Assembly (NCBI GenBank): GCA_017620295.1
Contig: JAFZQR010000097.1
Coordinates: 2,905 to 66,904 of the forward strand
Reading direction: 5' to 3'
DNA: 64,000 nucleotides
From: Bacteroidaceae bacterium
Lineage (GTDB): Bacteria > Bacteroidota > Bacteroidia > Bacteroidales > Bacteroidaceae
The notes under the pieces were generated by a model. That model worked only from the letters and a program-made list of their open reading frames with translations, was not told the origin of the DNA and did no database searches. Positions 1-9,092 of the stretch are shown here, piece by piece. The translations under genes were made by a program, and so were the position numbers. Each line of letters opens with the position of its first letter. Position 1 is the stretch's first letter.

Positions 1-515
1 CATATAGCTCGAACCGTCTTAGCCAGCAGGCAATGTAGCCCGTGACCATGTTTATAAGGGTCTATAAGGCAGAAATATAGCAGCTTTTTTGTCCAGCTGA
101 AACGCATATAGTGCCACTTGCGTTTCCATTTGTTTTCCGTCATGCCATCCAATGGATAGACATCCACTGGCATACCACCTACAAAGTCGAAGCTACGACG
201 CAGAATATATGTGGTGGAGCAGTCTTGAATACGAGCAAAGGGATAGGGATAGTGTGAATTCTTGTCCCCACTCACAAGTTCATAACCTTCTGGCAGCCAT
301 TCGTTGGCATGAGCTATCAGCTCATCATAGTCTGGACGGGGCAGCCCTACGTCAGCGTCATCGTCCCATGGTATAAAGCCCTGGTGCCGTATGGCTCCGA
401 GGCAGGAACCGGCCAACAGGTAGTAGGTAAGATGATGCTCCTCGCACACTTTATTGATGGCTTTCAAGATACCCAGCAGAGAGGCCTGCAACTGGCGTGT
501 CTGTATTGTTTCCAT
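1..515 (-). CDS. LicD-family (LPS/teichoic-acid phosphocholine transferase-like) protein; C-terminus runs off the window
   Basis: Absent from the ORF track because it is truncated. Hand reverse translation from ATG at 515-513 gives METIQTRQLQASLLGILKAINKVCEEHHLTYYLLAGSCLGAIRHQGFIPWDDDADVGLPRPDYDELIAHANEW..., carrying the LicD-type LGAxRHxGFIPWDDDxD motif. The frame stays open to position 1. Confidence 0.8.
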   Translation of the reverse strand, partial: METIQTRQLQASLLGILKAINKVCEEHHLTYYLLAGSCLGAIRHQGFIPWDDDADVGLPRPDYDELIAHANEWLPEGYELVSGDKNSHYPYPFARIQDCSTTYILRRSFDFVGGMPVDVYPLDGMTENKWKRKWHYMRFSWTKKLLYFCLIDPYKHGHGLHCLLAKTVRAI

Positions 516-548
516 ATCATTTCGCGCTCCTTCTCTTTTTATCAGCTG

Positions 549-556
549 CAAAATTA
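549..556 (-). promoter_or_regulatory. Bacteroidota -7 box (TAATTTTG on minus strand) upstream of the LicD-family gene
   Basis: Plus-strand caaaatta at 549-556 is TAATTTTG on the minus strand, an exact match to the Bacteroides TAnnTTTG consensus. It lies 33 nt upstream of the ATG at 515. Confidence 0.45.
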
Positions 557-723
557 CTTTTTATATCTGTTGGCAACCATCGAAACATCAGGCAATGTCA
601 TAAAGTCGATAAGTTGCTGGAAATAATGCGAGAAAAGTTTGGGAGTATCGGAAATGGTTCCTACCTTTGCACCTAGATGAGAGTTGCATATAGGCGCGAT
701 TGTATCAAGCTCCGCAACCATCC

Positions 724-759
724 ATGAATAAAAGCCGTAGGTCGAGTACCTATGGCTTT
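724..759 (-). terminator. Intrinsic terminator overlapping the stop codon of the 163-aa ORF
   Basis: Arms 731-742 (aaagccgtaggt) and 748-759 (acctatggcttt) form a 12-bp stem with one G-U pair and a 5-nt loop. On the minus strand it is followed by UUUUAUU. Confidence 0.5.
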
Positions 760-1241
760 AATTCGTTTATGAGGGCTTCTATTTCTCGTCTAGTCTGATA
801 TTTTGCATTTACAACGACAGCCTCTCCGTTAAAAACGATATAGCATTCTTCAATTTGTTCTGTCACGAAATCAGCCTTCCGCCGAGAGATATATTTGGAT
901 AATTCAAAGGCACGCACAGTCCAAATGTGTTCATCCAAATCTATCACAATAATTTTGCAACCTTGTTTTTTTGCTGACTTGAATCCTGCCGTCACTCCCT
1001 TTTCCCCCATGATTCCTTTTCTGTCTCCAAGTTTATTACAGATGGTGTATTCGGGATTCTTGTGACCAAAAGTTATAGTATGTGGATTGATGATGATACA
1101 TACTTCAGGAAAAGAATGCAGAATTGCACGAGCGGCTCGTATGTTGCTGGACAGCTCACGTTGGTCTGCATGAATGCTAATCAACAAACGCTCTTTATAT
1201 ATTCCGTCCTCAACAAAATTGTCTGTTTCTCCCAATTTCAT
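750..1241 (-). CDS. Hypothetical 163-aa protein with no signal peptide; orphan within the glycan locus
   Basis: ATG-initiated ORF with its own terminator hairpin. I recognise no diagnostic motif. A weak, unverified resemblance to small toxin/nuclease-like domains (NPEYTICNKLGDRKG...KQGCKIIVIDLD). Confidence 0.5.
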   Translation of the reverse strand: MKLGETDNFVEDGIYKERLLISIHADQRELSSNIRAARAILHSFPEVCIIINPHTITFGHKNPEYTICNKLGDRKGIMGEKGVTAGFKSAKKQGCKIIVIDLDEHIWTVRAFELSKYISRRKADFVTEQIEECYIVFNGEAVVVNAKYQTRREIEALINELKP

Positions 1242-1287
1242 CTGTTTGGTCTTATGGTGCTGAAATGCTATGACTGTGGCAAGCTTA

Positions 1288-2358
1288 TTATTGATGGGCA
1301 GATGTTTGTTGCAGCATGTTCCCGTTTTTCCAGAAATGTAGTCTGGTCAATGCCTTGTAATAATTGTGACAGAAGGTATAGTTCAAGAAATTGTGCCAAT
1401 CCAAGCCTGAGCGGCAGGGCTGAATGACTACTTGCTCTTTCTGTGCGTGGGGATTGAGTTGGTCGCATAGGCAAGCTACATACTCAAACATATTGTACTG
1501 GGTCAAAACCATCTGCTTGCAGTCGTTGAGTACTTGCATGGACTGCTCGTAGAGGTGATTTTGGATTGCATCGTCAATAGCCGAGATGGCCTGTTCTGGC
1601 CTGCGGATGTCAATGGGCAGGAAGGCACTTTTTGGAAAATAGTCCGATAGGTTGGTGCAGCCGTAATAGAGGGGGAATGTCTCGGTCAGGTAGCAGTCGG
1701 AGATTTTCTCTGTCCAGTAGTATAGTTGTGAGGAATTCTCGATGGCAATATGATACTTATATGGGCGCAGGACATCCCACTTGTCATCGAATGGACGGAA
1801 GCCCCGACCGAAGATGTCTATCTGGTCGCCAAAGTGCGCCTTGAGCTTCTCCACGAACTTGATGCGATCCAGGTGTCCACGTGTGAATGCTTTGTTGCTA
1901 GTGATGACTGAGAGCAGTTTCGTTTTTTTCGATGGGTCAGACGGCTGACATAGAGAGTCATAGTCCTGCGAGAAAGTATAGGGAATACCAGCTGATGGTG
2001 GAGCTGGCTTATAGCCTACGAACCAAGGCAAGATGGCGGGACCGTAGATGATATTGCGGTGGCGCATCTGCTGCTGGCAGCTTACCACAAGACCAAACTG
2101 ATTGATATAGCGTTGCGGATAGACTAGTATGGAACGTGGCTCGGTGGTGAGCAGGATTGTGTTCTCTGGAGCCACGCGACATGTCTGTGCCTCACGTACA
2201 CCCTTGCCTTGAACAACCCAGAAGTCGGCCTCTTCCATAGAGTCGTCCAAACAGAACTCATAGCGGCCATCCTGTGAAGTGAGGCGATGGCCTGGAGTCT
2301 GGCGGTGCATGATGGTGGCCAGCCCATCACGATAGGGCATGAATCTTACTTTAAGCAT
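1288..2358 (-). CDS. Glycosyltransferase family 10 (alpha-1,3/4-fucosyltransferase-like)
   Basis: YKYHIAIENSSQLYYWTEKISDCYLTETFPLYYGCTNLSDYFPKSAF matches the GT10 motif (FENSxxxxYxTEKxxDxxxxxxIPxYxG) known from Helicobacter FutA. Confidence 0.65.
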   Translation of the reverse strand: MLKVRFMPYRDGLATIMHRQTPGHRLTSQDGRYEFCLDDSMEEADFWVVQGKGVREAQTCRVAPENTILLTTEPRSILVYPQRYINQFGLVVSCQQQMRHRNIIYGPAILPWFVGYKPAPPSAGIPYTFSQDYDSLCQPSDPSKKTKLLSVITSNKAFTRGHLDRIKFVEKLKAHFGDQIDIFGRGFRPFDDKWDVLRPYKYHIAIENSSQLYYWTEKISDCYLTETFPLYYGCTNLSDYFPKSAFLPIDIRRPEQAISAIDDAIQNHLYEQSMQVLNDCKQMVLTQYNMFEYVACLCDQLNPHAQKEQVVIQPCRSGLDWHNFLNYTFCHNYYKALTRLHFWKNGNMLQQTSAHQ

Positions 2359-3371
2359 TCCTTTGCGGCTTTAAAGCCTTCTTTAATATAATAGCCTTCA
2401 CTCAGGCGGCGACTCATGGACACAGCATTCTTCTTCATCTCAGCGAACTCTGCTGCTGAAATGCTGGCCAGACGATTGCTGATCTGCGACAGTGAGTCAA
2501 CACTGATGCCAACTTTCTGCTCCAGGATGAAGGGAGCCATAGCGGCCTGGCTCCACACGATTACGGGAATGCCAGCCCGAAGATAGAATGAGGTCTTATG
2601 TGGGTCGTTGATACGAAGGTATTCGCCCCAGTCGCCAGTACACTCGTCCAGGGAGTCGCCATCCCACACCAAACCAAAGTCGGCCTCAACCTGAGCAATA
2701 AAGTCATCGCCAGCCTTGAATCCATGATACCTGAGATGGGGGCTGTCAACGCCCTGAGCATCAAAGCCCCGGCCATAAAGGTCCATTTCCCAACCTTCCA
2801 TCACTGTAGGAATTTCATAAAGGAACGCATTGCGCCAACGTCCCAGATGTCCACCATAAACTACATTCCACGGACGTTGTTGAGTCTTTGGCAAAGCGAG
2901 TTGCTCGCTGTCCAGACTCCTGACAGGTGAGGGCGACAGGTAGTCGAATATTTGCAGGCAGTGTATTCCGCCTTTGAATCCATGCTCTCTCAGATAGTCG
3001 CGCATGGTGGGGTTGTGGACTATCAGGAAGTCGGTCTTTGACAATCGGCTGTTCTCTTGTTTGGGCGTCAGTTTATGGCGACGAAATGCTCCGAGGTCGT
3101 GGATGACAGTCATCACTCTTGCGCCACGAAGATGGGCTAGCGAGCAAGCCATGTAGTAGAACTTCTTCATGGGGTACTGTAGAAAGAGCGTGTCTCCCTG
3201 CTTCAGGCGCCATAGTATGCTGGTTACGCTGACAAGCTTAGTCAAAAAACGTCCCACGCCGCCTTTGCCAAAGTTGTGACGTGTAAGGTTCACGAAGCCT
3301 TCTTGACGACAAATCTCATCAATATCTTCCTTGGCCTTGTTGTTTGTTCCTACCTCAATGTAATAATTCAT
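2346..3371 (-). CDS. Glycosyltransferase, WbbI/Gtf3-like (possible galactofuranosyltransferase family)
   Basis: N-terminal layout LFLQYPMKKFYYMACSLAHLRGARVMTVIHDLGAFR resembles E. coli WbbI. I prefer the ATG at 3371 (MNYYIEV) because the track start at 3425 overlaps the upstream gene by 49 nt. Confidence 0.5.
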   Translation of the reverse strand: MNYYIEVGTNNKAKEDIDEICRQEGFVNLTRHNFGKGGVGRFLTKLVSVTSILWRLKQGDTLFLQYPMKKFYYMACSLAHLRGARVMTVIHDLGAFRRHKLTPKQENSRLSKTDFLIVHNPTMRDYLREHGFKGGIHCLQIFDYLSPSPVRSLDSEQLALPKTQQRPWNVVYGGHLGRWRNAFLYEIPTVMEGWEMDLYGRGFDAQGVDSPHLRYHGFKAGDDFIAQVEADFGLVWDGDSLDECTGDWGEYLRINDPHKTSFYLRAGIPVIVWSQAAMAPFILEQKVGISVDSLSQISNRLASISAAEFAEMKKNAVSMSRRLSEGYYIKEGFKAAKECLK

Positions 3372-3376
3372 AAGTG

Positions 3377-4129
3377 TTATTCTGTTTTGCGAAATGGGTG
3401 TGTGATACGCTTGCGCCGCACCCATGCCTTGTCATGTTGTTGCTTAACTGTTATGGCCTTGGCAATGTCGGCCTCAGTCCATCCTCGTTGGGAGGCATAC
3501 TCATTTAGAATGAAACGGTAAACAGGTGAAAGCCACCAGAAGAGTGTCAGGTTCTCCATACACTCGGCTTTAGGCACTGGACCATCGTAGAAGCGCATGC
3601 GGTTGATGTCGATAAGCTCAAAGGAGAACTGTCCGTCATGCTCGGTGAAGAGTACGTTGGTCGGATTCAAATCGCGGTGCAGCACACCAGCCTCGTGCAG
3701 TCGGGCCACGAAGCGGGCGTATGCAACAGCGAGGTTGCGGTCAAAAGGCTTTTGTCCTATCAAACACGGTCGTATGGCCTGTGCGTCGGTGTAATTACAG
3801 ATGTAATAGACCTGGCTTAAAGTGCCGCAACAGCATTCCTCTATGTATGCTATTTCATGAGGGGTCGCGAAACCTCGCATCCTAAGCTGGGCGGCATTCT
3901 GGAAAGCTCGCTGCGCCTTGTTCTGACGGAAGAAACTGTAGATGATGCGCTTTAGAAGGTTGTGGCGCTTGAAGCGTTTCACTACCATCTTGAGGCCACC
4001 TGTTTCAAACAGCCGGACCTCGTTGCGACTATGGTACAGAAGTTCCCCTTCATTGAAACGGTGTGGCAGGCTATCCACCCACCCTTCCAATTGCTGATAG
4101 TCGGGATGTACTTCGGTGACGATGCTCAT
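3377..4129 (-). CDS. Lipopolysaccharide kinase (Kdo/WaaP) family protein
   Basis: 250 aa. Kinase catalytic-loop-like GVLHRDLNPTNVLF followed by ELIDINRMRF. Size and operon context fit Kdo kinase-type enzymes. Confidence 0.7.
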   Translation of the reverse strand: MSIVTEVHPDYQQLEGWVDSLPHRFNEGELLYHSRNEVRLFETGGLKMVVKRFKRHNLLKRIIYSFFRQNKAQRAFQNAAQLRMRGFATPHEIAYIEECCCGTLSQVYYICNYTDAQAIRPCLIGQKPFDRNLAVAYARFVARLHEAGVLHRDLNPTNVLFTEHDGQFSFELIDINRMRFYDGPVPKAECMENLTLFWWLSPVYRFILNEYASQRGWTEADIAKAITVKQQHDKAWVRRKRITHPFRKTE

Positions 4130-5088
4130 TTGTACTCTTCCTTTCTGATTATCTTACCATCAATCACGTCGTATTTGCGTATGAACTCCTCGCGTCCGCG
4201 CTTCCAGCGATTGTGTGTCCATAGATAGAATTGAGGCTGACGCCGTATGCTATCCTCAAGCATGGTGAAGAAACGTCGGGTTATATCAAACTCTTTCTCC
4301 TTGGCTGCTTCATAAGCTATGAGCCTGAACGTACAAACGTATTTTCCACGACGAGGCCTCTCCATATCTACATAGAAAACGGCATCGTTCATTTTCTGCA
4401 TTATGCGTTCAGCACCTGTAAACACAGGTGTGTCATGATTTAGAAAATCCACCCATAGATGCATATTCTCCCACTTGGGACTTTGGTCGCTGATATAGCC
4501 AAATAGTGAATGACTCTTTTGCCGCTTCAACGAAATGAGGTGGCGCAGGATGTCCTGTTTGGCCACACATACGCCTCCATGTGCAGAACGAATGTCAATG
4601 AACAGACGGTCGAAGGCCTGATTATTAAGGGGATGATAGATAAGTCCGATGACAGCATCGGGATGCCTGTGAAAGGCCAGTCCCGTGGCTGAAAGCCACT
4701 CCCAATTGCAGTAATGTCCCAAGATGCCGGCGCAGTTGCGCCCTGTGTCAAACACCTCTTCCAACTGTTCCAAACCTCTGAACTCAATCCGACGTAGCAG
4801 TGCCTTGTTGCTTATGGTAAGCAGTTTGACGGATTCTACGAAATAGTCGCATAGCCAGTGATAGAACTGCTTCTCTAACTTTTGCAGTTCGGCCTCGCTC
4901 TTCTCAGGGAACGATGTCGTGAGATTCTTCCGTACCAATGGACGCCTGTACCTTATAATATAATAAAGCAACAGGAATGCGATGTCAGAGAAAACATAGT
5001 GAACCCATAGCGGCAGAAGTGAAAGCATATAGGTCACGCCATATAGCAGATGATATGTCACGTTATTCTTTGATTTCAAAGATGTCAT
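4126..5088 (-). CDS. Lipid A biosynthesis late (lauroyl/myristoyl-type) acyltransferase, LpxL/HtrB family
   Basis: N-terminal TM helix and an HX4(D/E) acyltransferase motif (GHYCNWEW). 320 aa, overlapping both neighbours. Confidence 0.75.
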   Translation of the reverse strand: MTSLKSKNNVTYHLLYGVTYMLSLLPLWVHYVFSDIAFLLLYYIIRYRRPLVRKNLTTSFPEKSEAELQKLEKQFYHWLCDYFVESVKLLTISNKALLRRIEFRGLEQLEEVFDTGRNCAGILGHYCNWEWLSATGLAFHRHPDAVIGLIYHPLNNQAFDRLFIDIRSAHGGVCVAKQDILRHLISLKRQKSHSLFGYISDQSPKWENMHLWVDFLNHDTPVFTGAERIMQKMNDAVFYVDMERPRRGKYVCTFRLIAYEAAKEKEFDITRRFFTMLEDSIRRQPQFYLWTHNRWKRGREEFIRKYDVIDGKIIRKEEYK

Positions 5089-6628
5089 AGTCTTTGTTGT
5101 AAGATGGTGAGTCGATAGATAGCAAATTGATTACGGAATGGAAAATGAAATGTTGTTCCAGAACTTCAGGTAATTTGTCATCGGTCTTGTAGTTCCTGAA
5201 ACTGTTTGAAGTCCAGACAAGAAACGGTATTTCATACTGCACCTTAGGAGCAAGTCTCATGGGAATGCCATGCATGAACATATTGTTTTCACCAAGTGAT
5301 TCGCCGTGGTCGGATATGAAAATCATGGCACTGTTCCAGTCTTTGATAGAACGCAATGTGGTGATAAGGCTGTCCAGAAGGTAGTCGGTGTAGCGTATGG
5401 AGTTGTCGTAGGCATTAATAAGCATTCCAACATTCTTCTCACTTTCTTCCACATTCCTGGCCACAGGCTTATAGACCTCAAACTCCTTTGGATACCTGTC
5501 GGCATAGTTTGGTCCATGAGTTATGCTGGTATGCAAAACTATCAACACTTTACTTTTCTTACTTGACTCTATACGTTCACGGATGCCTTTGAAAAGTATG
5601 CCATCGTAATCTTTATCTGCATCAGGATATTCCTCCCCAAGCTTGTTCCTGGAGAGGTACTCGTCAATATGTAGAGGTGGTTCACCCCAGTTGGATGTGC
5701 GCCACGACACATCAGCGCCTGTTCTGAAGGCATAGTTAGGTAACAATTCATACAGGTCGTCACTGTTAATGGGCTCAAGAATGGCTTTTACTCCAGCTGT
5801 GGTGTAGGTGGCACATGAGTTGGCTTGGTACACTTTCAGTCCTTCTTGCTTAGACAGTAGCGGGTTAGTATTTCGTTTGTAGCCGTAGAGTTGGAAATTG
5901 GCCTTTCTGGCCGACTCTCCTATGACAAGTACCACAGCTGTCTTGTCATTATCTGTGATTCTTCCATCCGGAAGTTTTATTTCCTCTGCTTGCTTGTCAT
6001 GCTTCATGCTTGCTACGCGAATTGTGTTCACCACATACGACCAGGGTTGTAACAATCCACCTAATTCAGTATCGTGCTGGCCAAACCATAGAGTCTTGTC
6101 TATATGCAACAAAGCTATTATAAGAACTATGCCCAACGAGCTTCCACAATAGATTCCCATTTTTTTCGCCTTCCCAAACTCGACTGGCTGGAACAGGCAA
6201 TATAAGGCTGGCAGAACACCAAATACGAATATGAAAAGCCACAGCGACCAACTGAAAAATCCAGATGCTTCCGAGTATCTGGTGTTGAATACATTGCCAA
6301 TTGTTATTTCATCAATGATAACGCTGTAGGTATAGATGAAATATACAGCCGTAGCATTTATGAGTGAAAGGATTGCAAGCAGAATTCGTCCAACAATTCT
6401 CATACAAAACATTACTAGATAGGTCATCATAAAGTTGACTATCAACATGATTATCACTAGTGATGCTAGCAGGAAAATCTTGCCACCTACATTTTCATTG
6501 CAATTGTCAGCTGCATAGTTGAAGAAGGGTATGTTGTATAACAACAAAGTCCCTATGCTAACAATACATGAAAACGTAACGAGCGAAATGGGCTTGCGTA
6601 ATAACTCTTTCATCTTATTTTGTCTCAT
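5063..6628 (-). CDS. Phosphoethanolamine transferase (EptA-like; sulfatase domain with N-terminal TM bundle)
   Basis: About 5 N-terminal TM helices, then a sulfatase fold with ISDHGESLGENNMFMHG. An alternative ATG at 6613 lies 2 nt after the PAP2 stop. Confidence 0.8.
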   Translation of the reverse strand: MRQNKMKELLRKPISLVTFSCIVSIGTLLLYNIPFFNYAADNCNENVGGKIFLLASLVIIMLIVNFMMTYLVMFCMRIVGRILLAILSLINATAVYFIYTYSVIIDEITIGNVFNTRYSEASGFFSWSLWLFIFVFGVLPALYCLFQPVEFGKAKKMGIYCGSSLGIVLIIALLHIDKTLWFGQHDTELGGLLQPWSYVVNTIRVASMKHDKQAEEIKLPDGRITDNDKTAVVLVIGESARKANFQLYGYKRNTNPLLSKQEGLKVYQANSCATYTTAGVKAILEPINSDDLYELLPNYAFRTGADVSWRTSNWGEPPLHIDEYLSRNKLGEEYPDADKDYDGILFKGIRERIESSKKSKVLIVLHTSITHGPNYADRYPKEFEVYKPVARNVEESEKNVGMLINAYDNSIRYTDYLLDSLITTLRSIKDWNSAMIFISDHGESLGENNMFMHGIPMRLAPKVQYEIPFLVWTSNSFRNYKTDDKLPEVLEQHFIFHSVINLLSIDSPSYNKDYDIFEIKE

Positions 6629-7298
6629 TCAGATTGAGTTCCAAAACCTTGTTTTTGCATAGATGGAAAATCAGACACGGGATGGTAACACCTATCATAC
6701 TACCTACACATACGTCCGATAGGAAGTGTTGGGAAAGGTAGATACGTGAGTAGCCACCTAGAGCAGCAAGTGCCAGCAACAGTAACAGCAATAGATTAAA
6801 CAGGATCTGTGTCCTGAGGTCGTGTCGGTTTGCTTGGCGTAGATAATGGTATGCCAGGATAAAGGCGCAACAAGTGAAGAAGATGAAGAATGTGGAAGTG
6901 TGACCCGATGGGAACGAATTGCTGTGATGCATGTGTACACCATCCACCAGCGGCAAAACCAAATCGGGGTAATTATCGAACACGCTAACAGGGCGCGGGG
7001 CAGAGAAAATGCGTTTCAAAATTTGCACCATAGCACCTCCCGACAGCTCACATAAAGCAAAGAAGATTGTGATTTCTTTTTTCTTCCATGCAAGAGGAAG
7101 CAGAGCCAACACATATAATGGCCATTCTGCCAACATGGAATAATACTTAAAGATGGTGTCCTGTAGATTGGAATGACAAGAGTTTAGCAACAGATGAAGC
7201 TCAACTTTCGGGTATGCATAGAGCATCCCAAGCATGAGCATCAGCAATATAAAATATGCCACATAATAGACAGAGAGTGTTTTCAATATCTGTTTCAT
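6615..7298 (-). CDS. PAP2-family phosphatase (lipid A 1- or 4'-phosphatase candidate, LpxE/LpxF-like)
   Basis: All three PAP2 motifs are present: KRIFSAPRP, PSGH, and SRIYLSQHFLSDV. Multi-TM protein in a lipid A operon. Confidence 0.8.
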   Translation of the reverse strand: MKQILKTLSVYYVAYFILLMLMLGMLYAYPKVELHLLLNSCHSNLQDTIFKYYSMLAEWPLYVLALLPLAWKKKEITIFFALCELSGGAMVQILKRIFSAPRPVSVFDNYPDLVLPLVDGVHMHHSNSFPSGHTSTFFIFFTCCAFILAYHYLRQANRHDLRTQILFNLLLLLLLALAALGGYSRIYLSQHFLSDVCVGSMIGVTIPCLIFHLCKNKVLELNLNETK

Positions 7299-9091
7299 TA
7301 TCTCCTGTTTTGAAAGTCTGTTGTTGTTAACTGAATAATTGCCTTGTCCAGACGTTGAAGCCGCAGCGTGTCACTGCTCTCACTGATAGTCAGGCGTTGC
7401 AGGTCAAAATCATACAGCACATGCCCGGTTGAATCGCAAATCCACTGAGCATTGCTATAGTTATGAACGGCAACAGGTGTTGTATAGGTTTCTGAAAGAA
7501 TGTCACGACTAAAGGGATAATCATCATGACACAGGTGCAGCTGTCCGAGTAAAGTGGCAGGCATGTCGCTCTGGTTGCAGATTGTGTGGATAATGCGTGG
7601 CTGACGAACTGCGCCACCAACCCATAGCATAGGGATGTGGTTCTTTTGCAATGGCGTTGTCTGGTCTATCTGCCCGTTGATAATACCATGATCGGCCATC
7701 ATCACTATGAGCAAATTGTTCCATTGCGGAGTTTGTTTAAGGCGGCAGATAAAGTCGAACAGACAATCATCCAGATAGCAGAAAGCATTGTCAACCTCGT
7801 CGCTCAGTCTCTTCACTGGTACATCCCATGGCTCATGACTGGACAGGGTGCTATAGCCCCATAGGTGGGACTCTCCGTCACGTGCGCTAACAATCATATC
7901 GTACACCGTCTGGAATGTGATTTCATCACGTACCCCCCATTGGCTGGTATGTTGTTCCTTATGCGAATAATCCTCCTTGCTAATGATTTGCTCCCAACCT
8001 GTTGAGATGAGATAAGAACGGAAATTAGTGAAGTTGATGTCGCCACCATACAGGTAACAGCTCGTATAGCCTTGCTGCTTCAGTGTCAGGGCTATACTTG
8101 GCATTGTACGGCTTTTCTCAGGAATTTTCATCACTGAGATGCTTGGGAATGATGGATATCCGCTTAAGGCACATAGCGTACCGCGGTCTGTACGCCACGA
8201 GTTTGCATAACAGCGACTGAAATATACTCCCTCCTTTTTCAGTTCCTGTAGATGAGGCATTGATGAGGCAAATTGCTCTCCTGCACTTTCCAATAGTATA
8301 ACAAGTATGTTGGGGCGGTCGGTAGTGAGCAGAGTGTCACAGTGCTGGCTCTCCACTGTGAAAACACCATTTGCAATCTCCTCACACTCTTCATCGTCAA
8401 AGAACTTGTATTGGGCAATCTCTTCTAAAGGGTTTGTCAGCGAATCGAAGAAATTGAATATGGGATTGACAGCTGAGTGATTCAGAAATTGATACTGTGA
8501 ATAATACACTTGTCCGATGTTGGTGGTTGACTCTCCAACTCCACCACGTATTCCAATTACCATTAATGGTATCAGGACCAGATAGAGGACAGCCTCCTTC
8601 CATGTTCCTTTCTGCCATTCCTTAGCTTTTGCCACATAGGCATAAGCAAAGAAAAAAAGTACAGAGAGTATTACTACTAACAAGAATCGCAGAATCAGAT
8701 AGCCTGTCGTTACGCTTGCCATGGCTTCGGTGGGCGTCTCAAGATACTGTAGCCACGAAGCATCCAACTTGAAATGCCAGAATGGATACATGCTAGTATC
8801 GGTTACAAAGGCTATTGAGAATAGAACTGCTAGCATGGCATAATAAGGTTTCATCAGCCATGCTGGCAACTTCAGCCACACACCAGCCATTGTAACGAGT
8901 AGAGGCAGGCTCAAAAAATAAAGTGCAGTTGACAGGTCAAGAGTAAGGCCATGCCATACTACCGCAAGCATATCACTAACGGAAAAAGACGACACAGTAT
9001 GGTTGCATAGCATGAACGCCCACTTGGCAGTCATGAAGATAACAACTGTCAATAGGTAGAACCGAATCAGATATATCAACCTCCCTTTCAC
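7298..9091 (-). CDS. LTA-synthase-family sulfatase/phosphotransferase (membrane-anchored)
   Basis: N-terminal multi-TM region plus an alkaline-phosphatase-superfamily domain (ILLESAGEQF..., MMADHG). The GTG start lies directly after the msbA stop. Confidence 0.7.
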   Translation of the reverse strand: MKGRLIYLIRFYLLTVVIFMTAKWAFMLCNHTVSSFSVSDMLAVVWHGLTLDLSTALYFLSLPLLVTMAGVWLKLPAWLMKPYYAMLAVLFSIAFVTDTSMYPFWHFKLDASWLQYLETPTEAMASVTTGYLILRFLLVVILSVLFFFAYAYVAKAKEWQKGTWKEAVLYLVLIPLMVIGIRGGVGESTTNIGQVYYSQYQFLNHSAVNPIFNFFDSLTNPLEEIAQYKFFDDEECEEIANGVFTVESQHCDTLLTTDRPNILVILLESAGEQFASSMPHLQELKKEGVYFSRCYANSWRTDRGTLCALSGYPSFPSISVMKIPEKSRTMPSIALTLKQQGYTSCYLYGGDINFTNFRSYLISTGWEQIISKEDYSHKEQHTSQWGVRDEITFQTVYDMIVSARDGESHLWGYSTLSSHEPWDVPVKRLSDEVDNAFCYLDDCLFDFICRLKQTPQWNNLLIVMMADHGIINGQIDQTTPLQKNHIPMLWVGGAVRQPRIIHTICNQSDMPATLLGQLHLCHDDYPFSRDILSETYTTPVAVHNYSNAQWICDSTGHVLYDFDLQRLTISESSDTLRLQRLDKAIIQLTTTDFQNRR

Positions 9092-9092
9092 T

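Noticed and set aside
152-626. Two plus-strand ORFs (74 and 105 aa) at the left edge
   Set aside because: They lie antisense to, or overlap, the clearly recognisable LicD-family reading frame (1-515, minus strand), and their translations have no protein-like features.
662-669. Plus-strand TACCTTTG matching the -7 promoter consensus
   Set aside because: The only downstream plus-strand reading frame is 16 codons long and runs into the terminator hairpin of the opposite strand. This is likely a chance match in an AT-rich spacer.
3372-3425. N-terminal extensions implied by the longest-ORF starts (also 28562-28663, 35930-36070, 12912-12932, 59735-59851)
   Set aside because: The extensions overlap upstream genes, start at TTG, or precede an obvious signal peptide or lipobox. 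Internal ATGs give biologically sensible N-termini.
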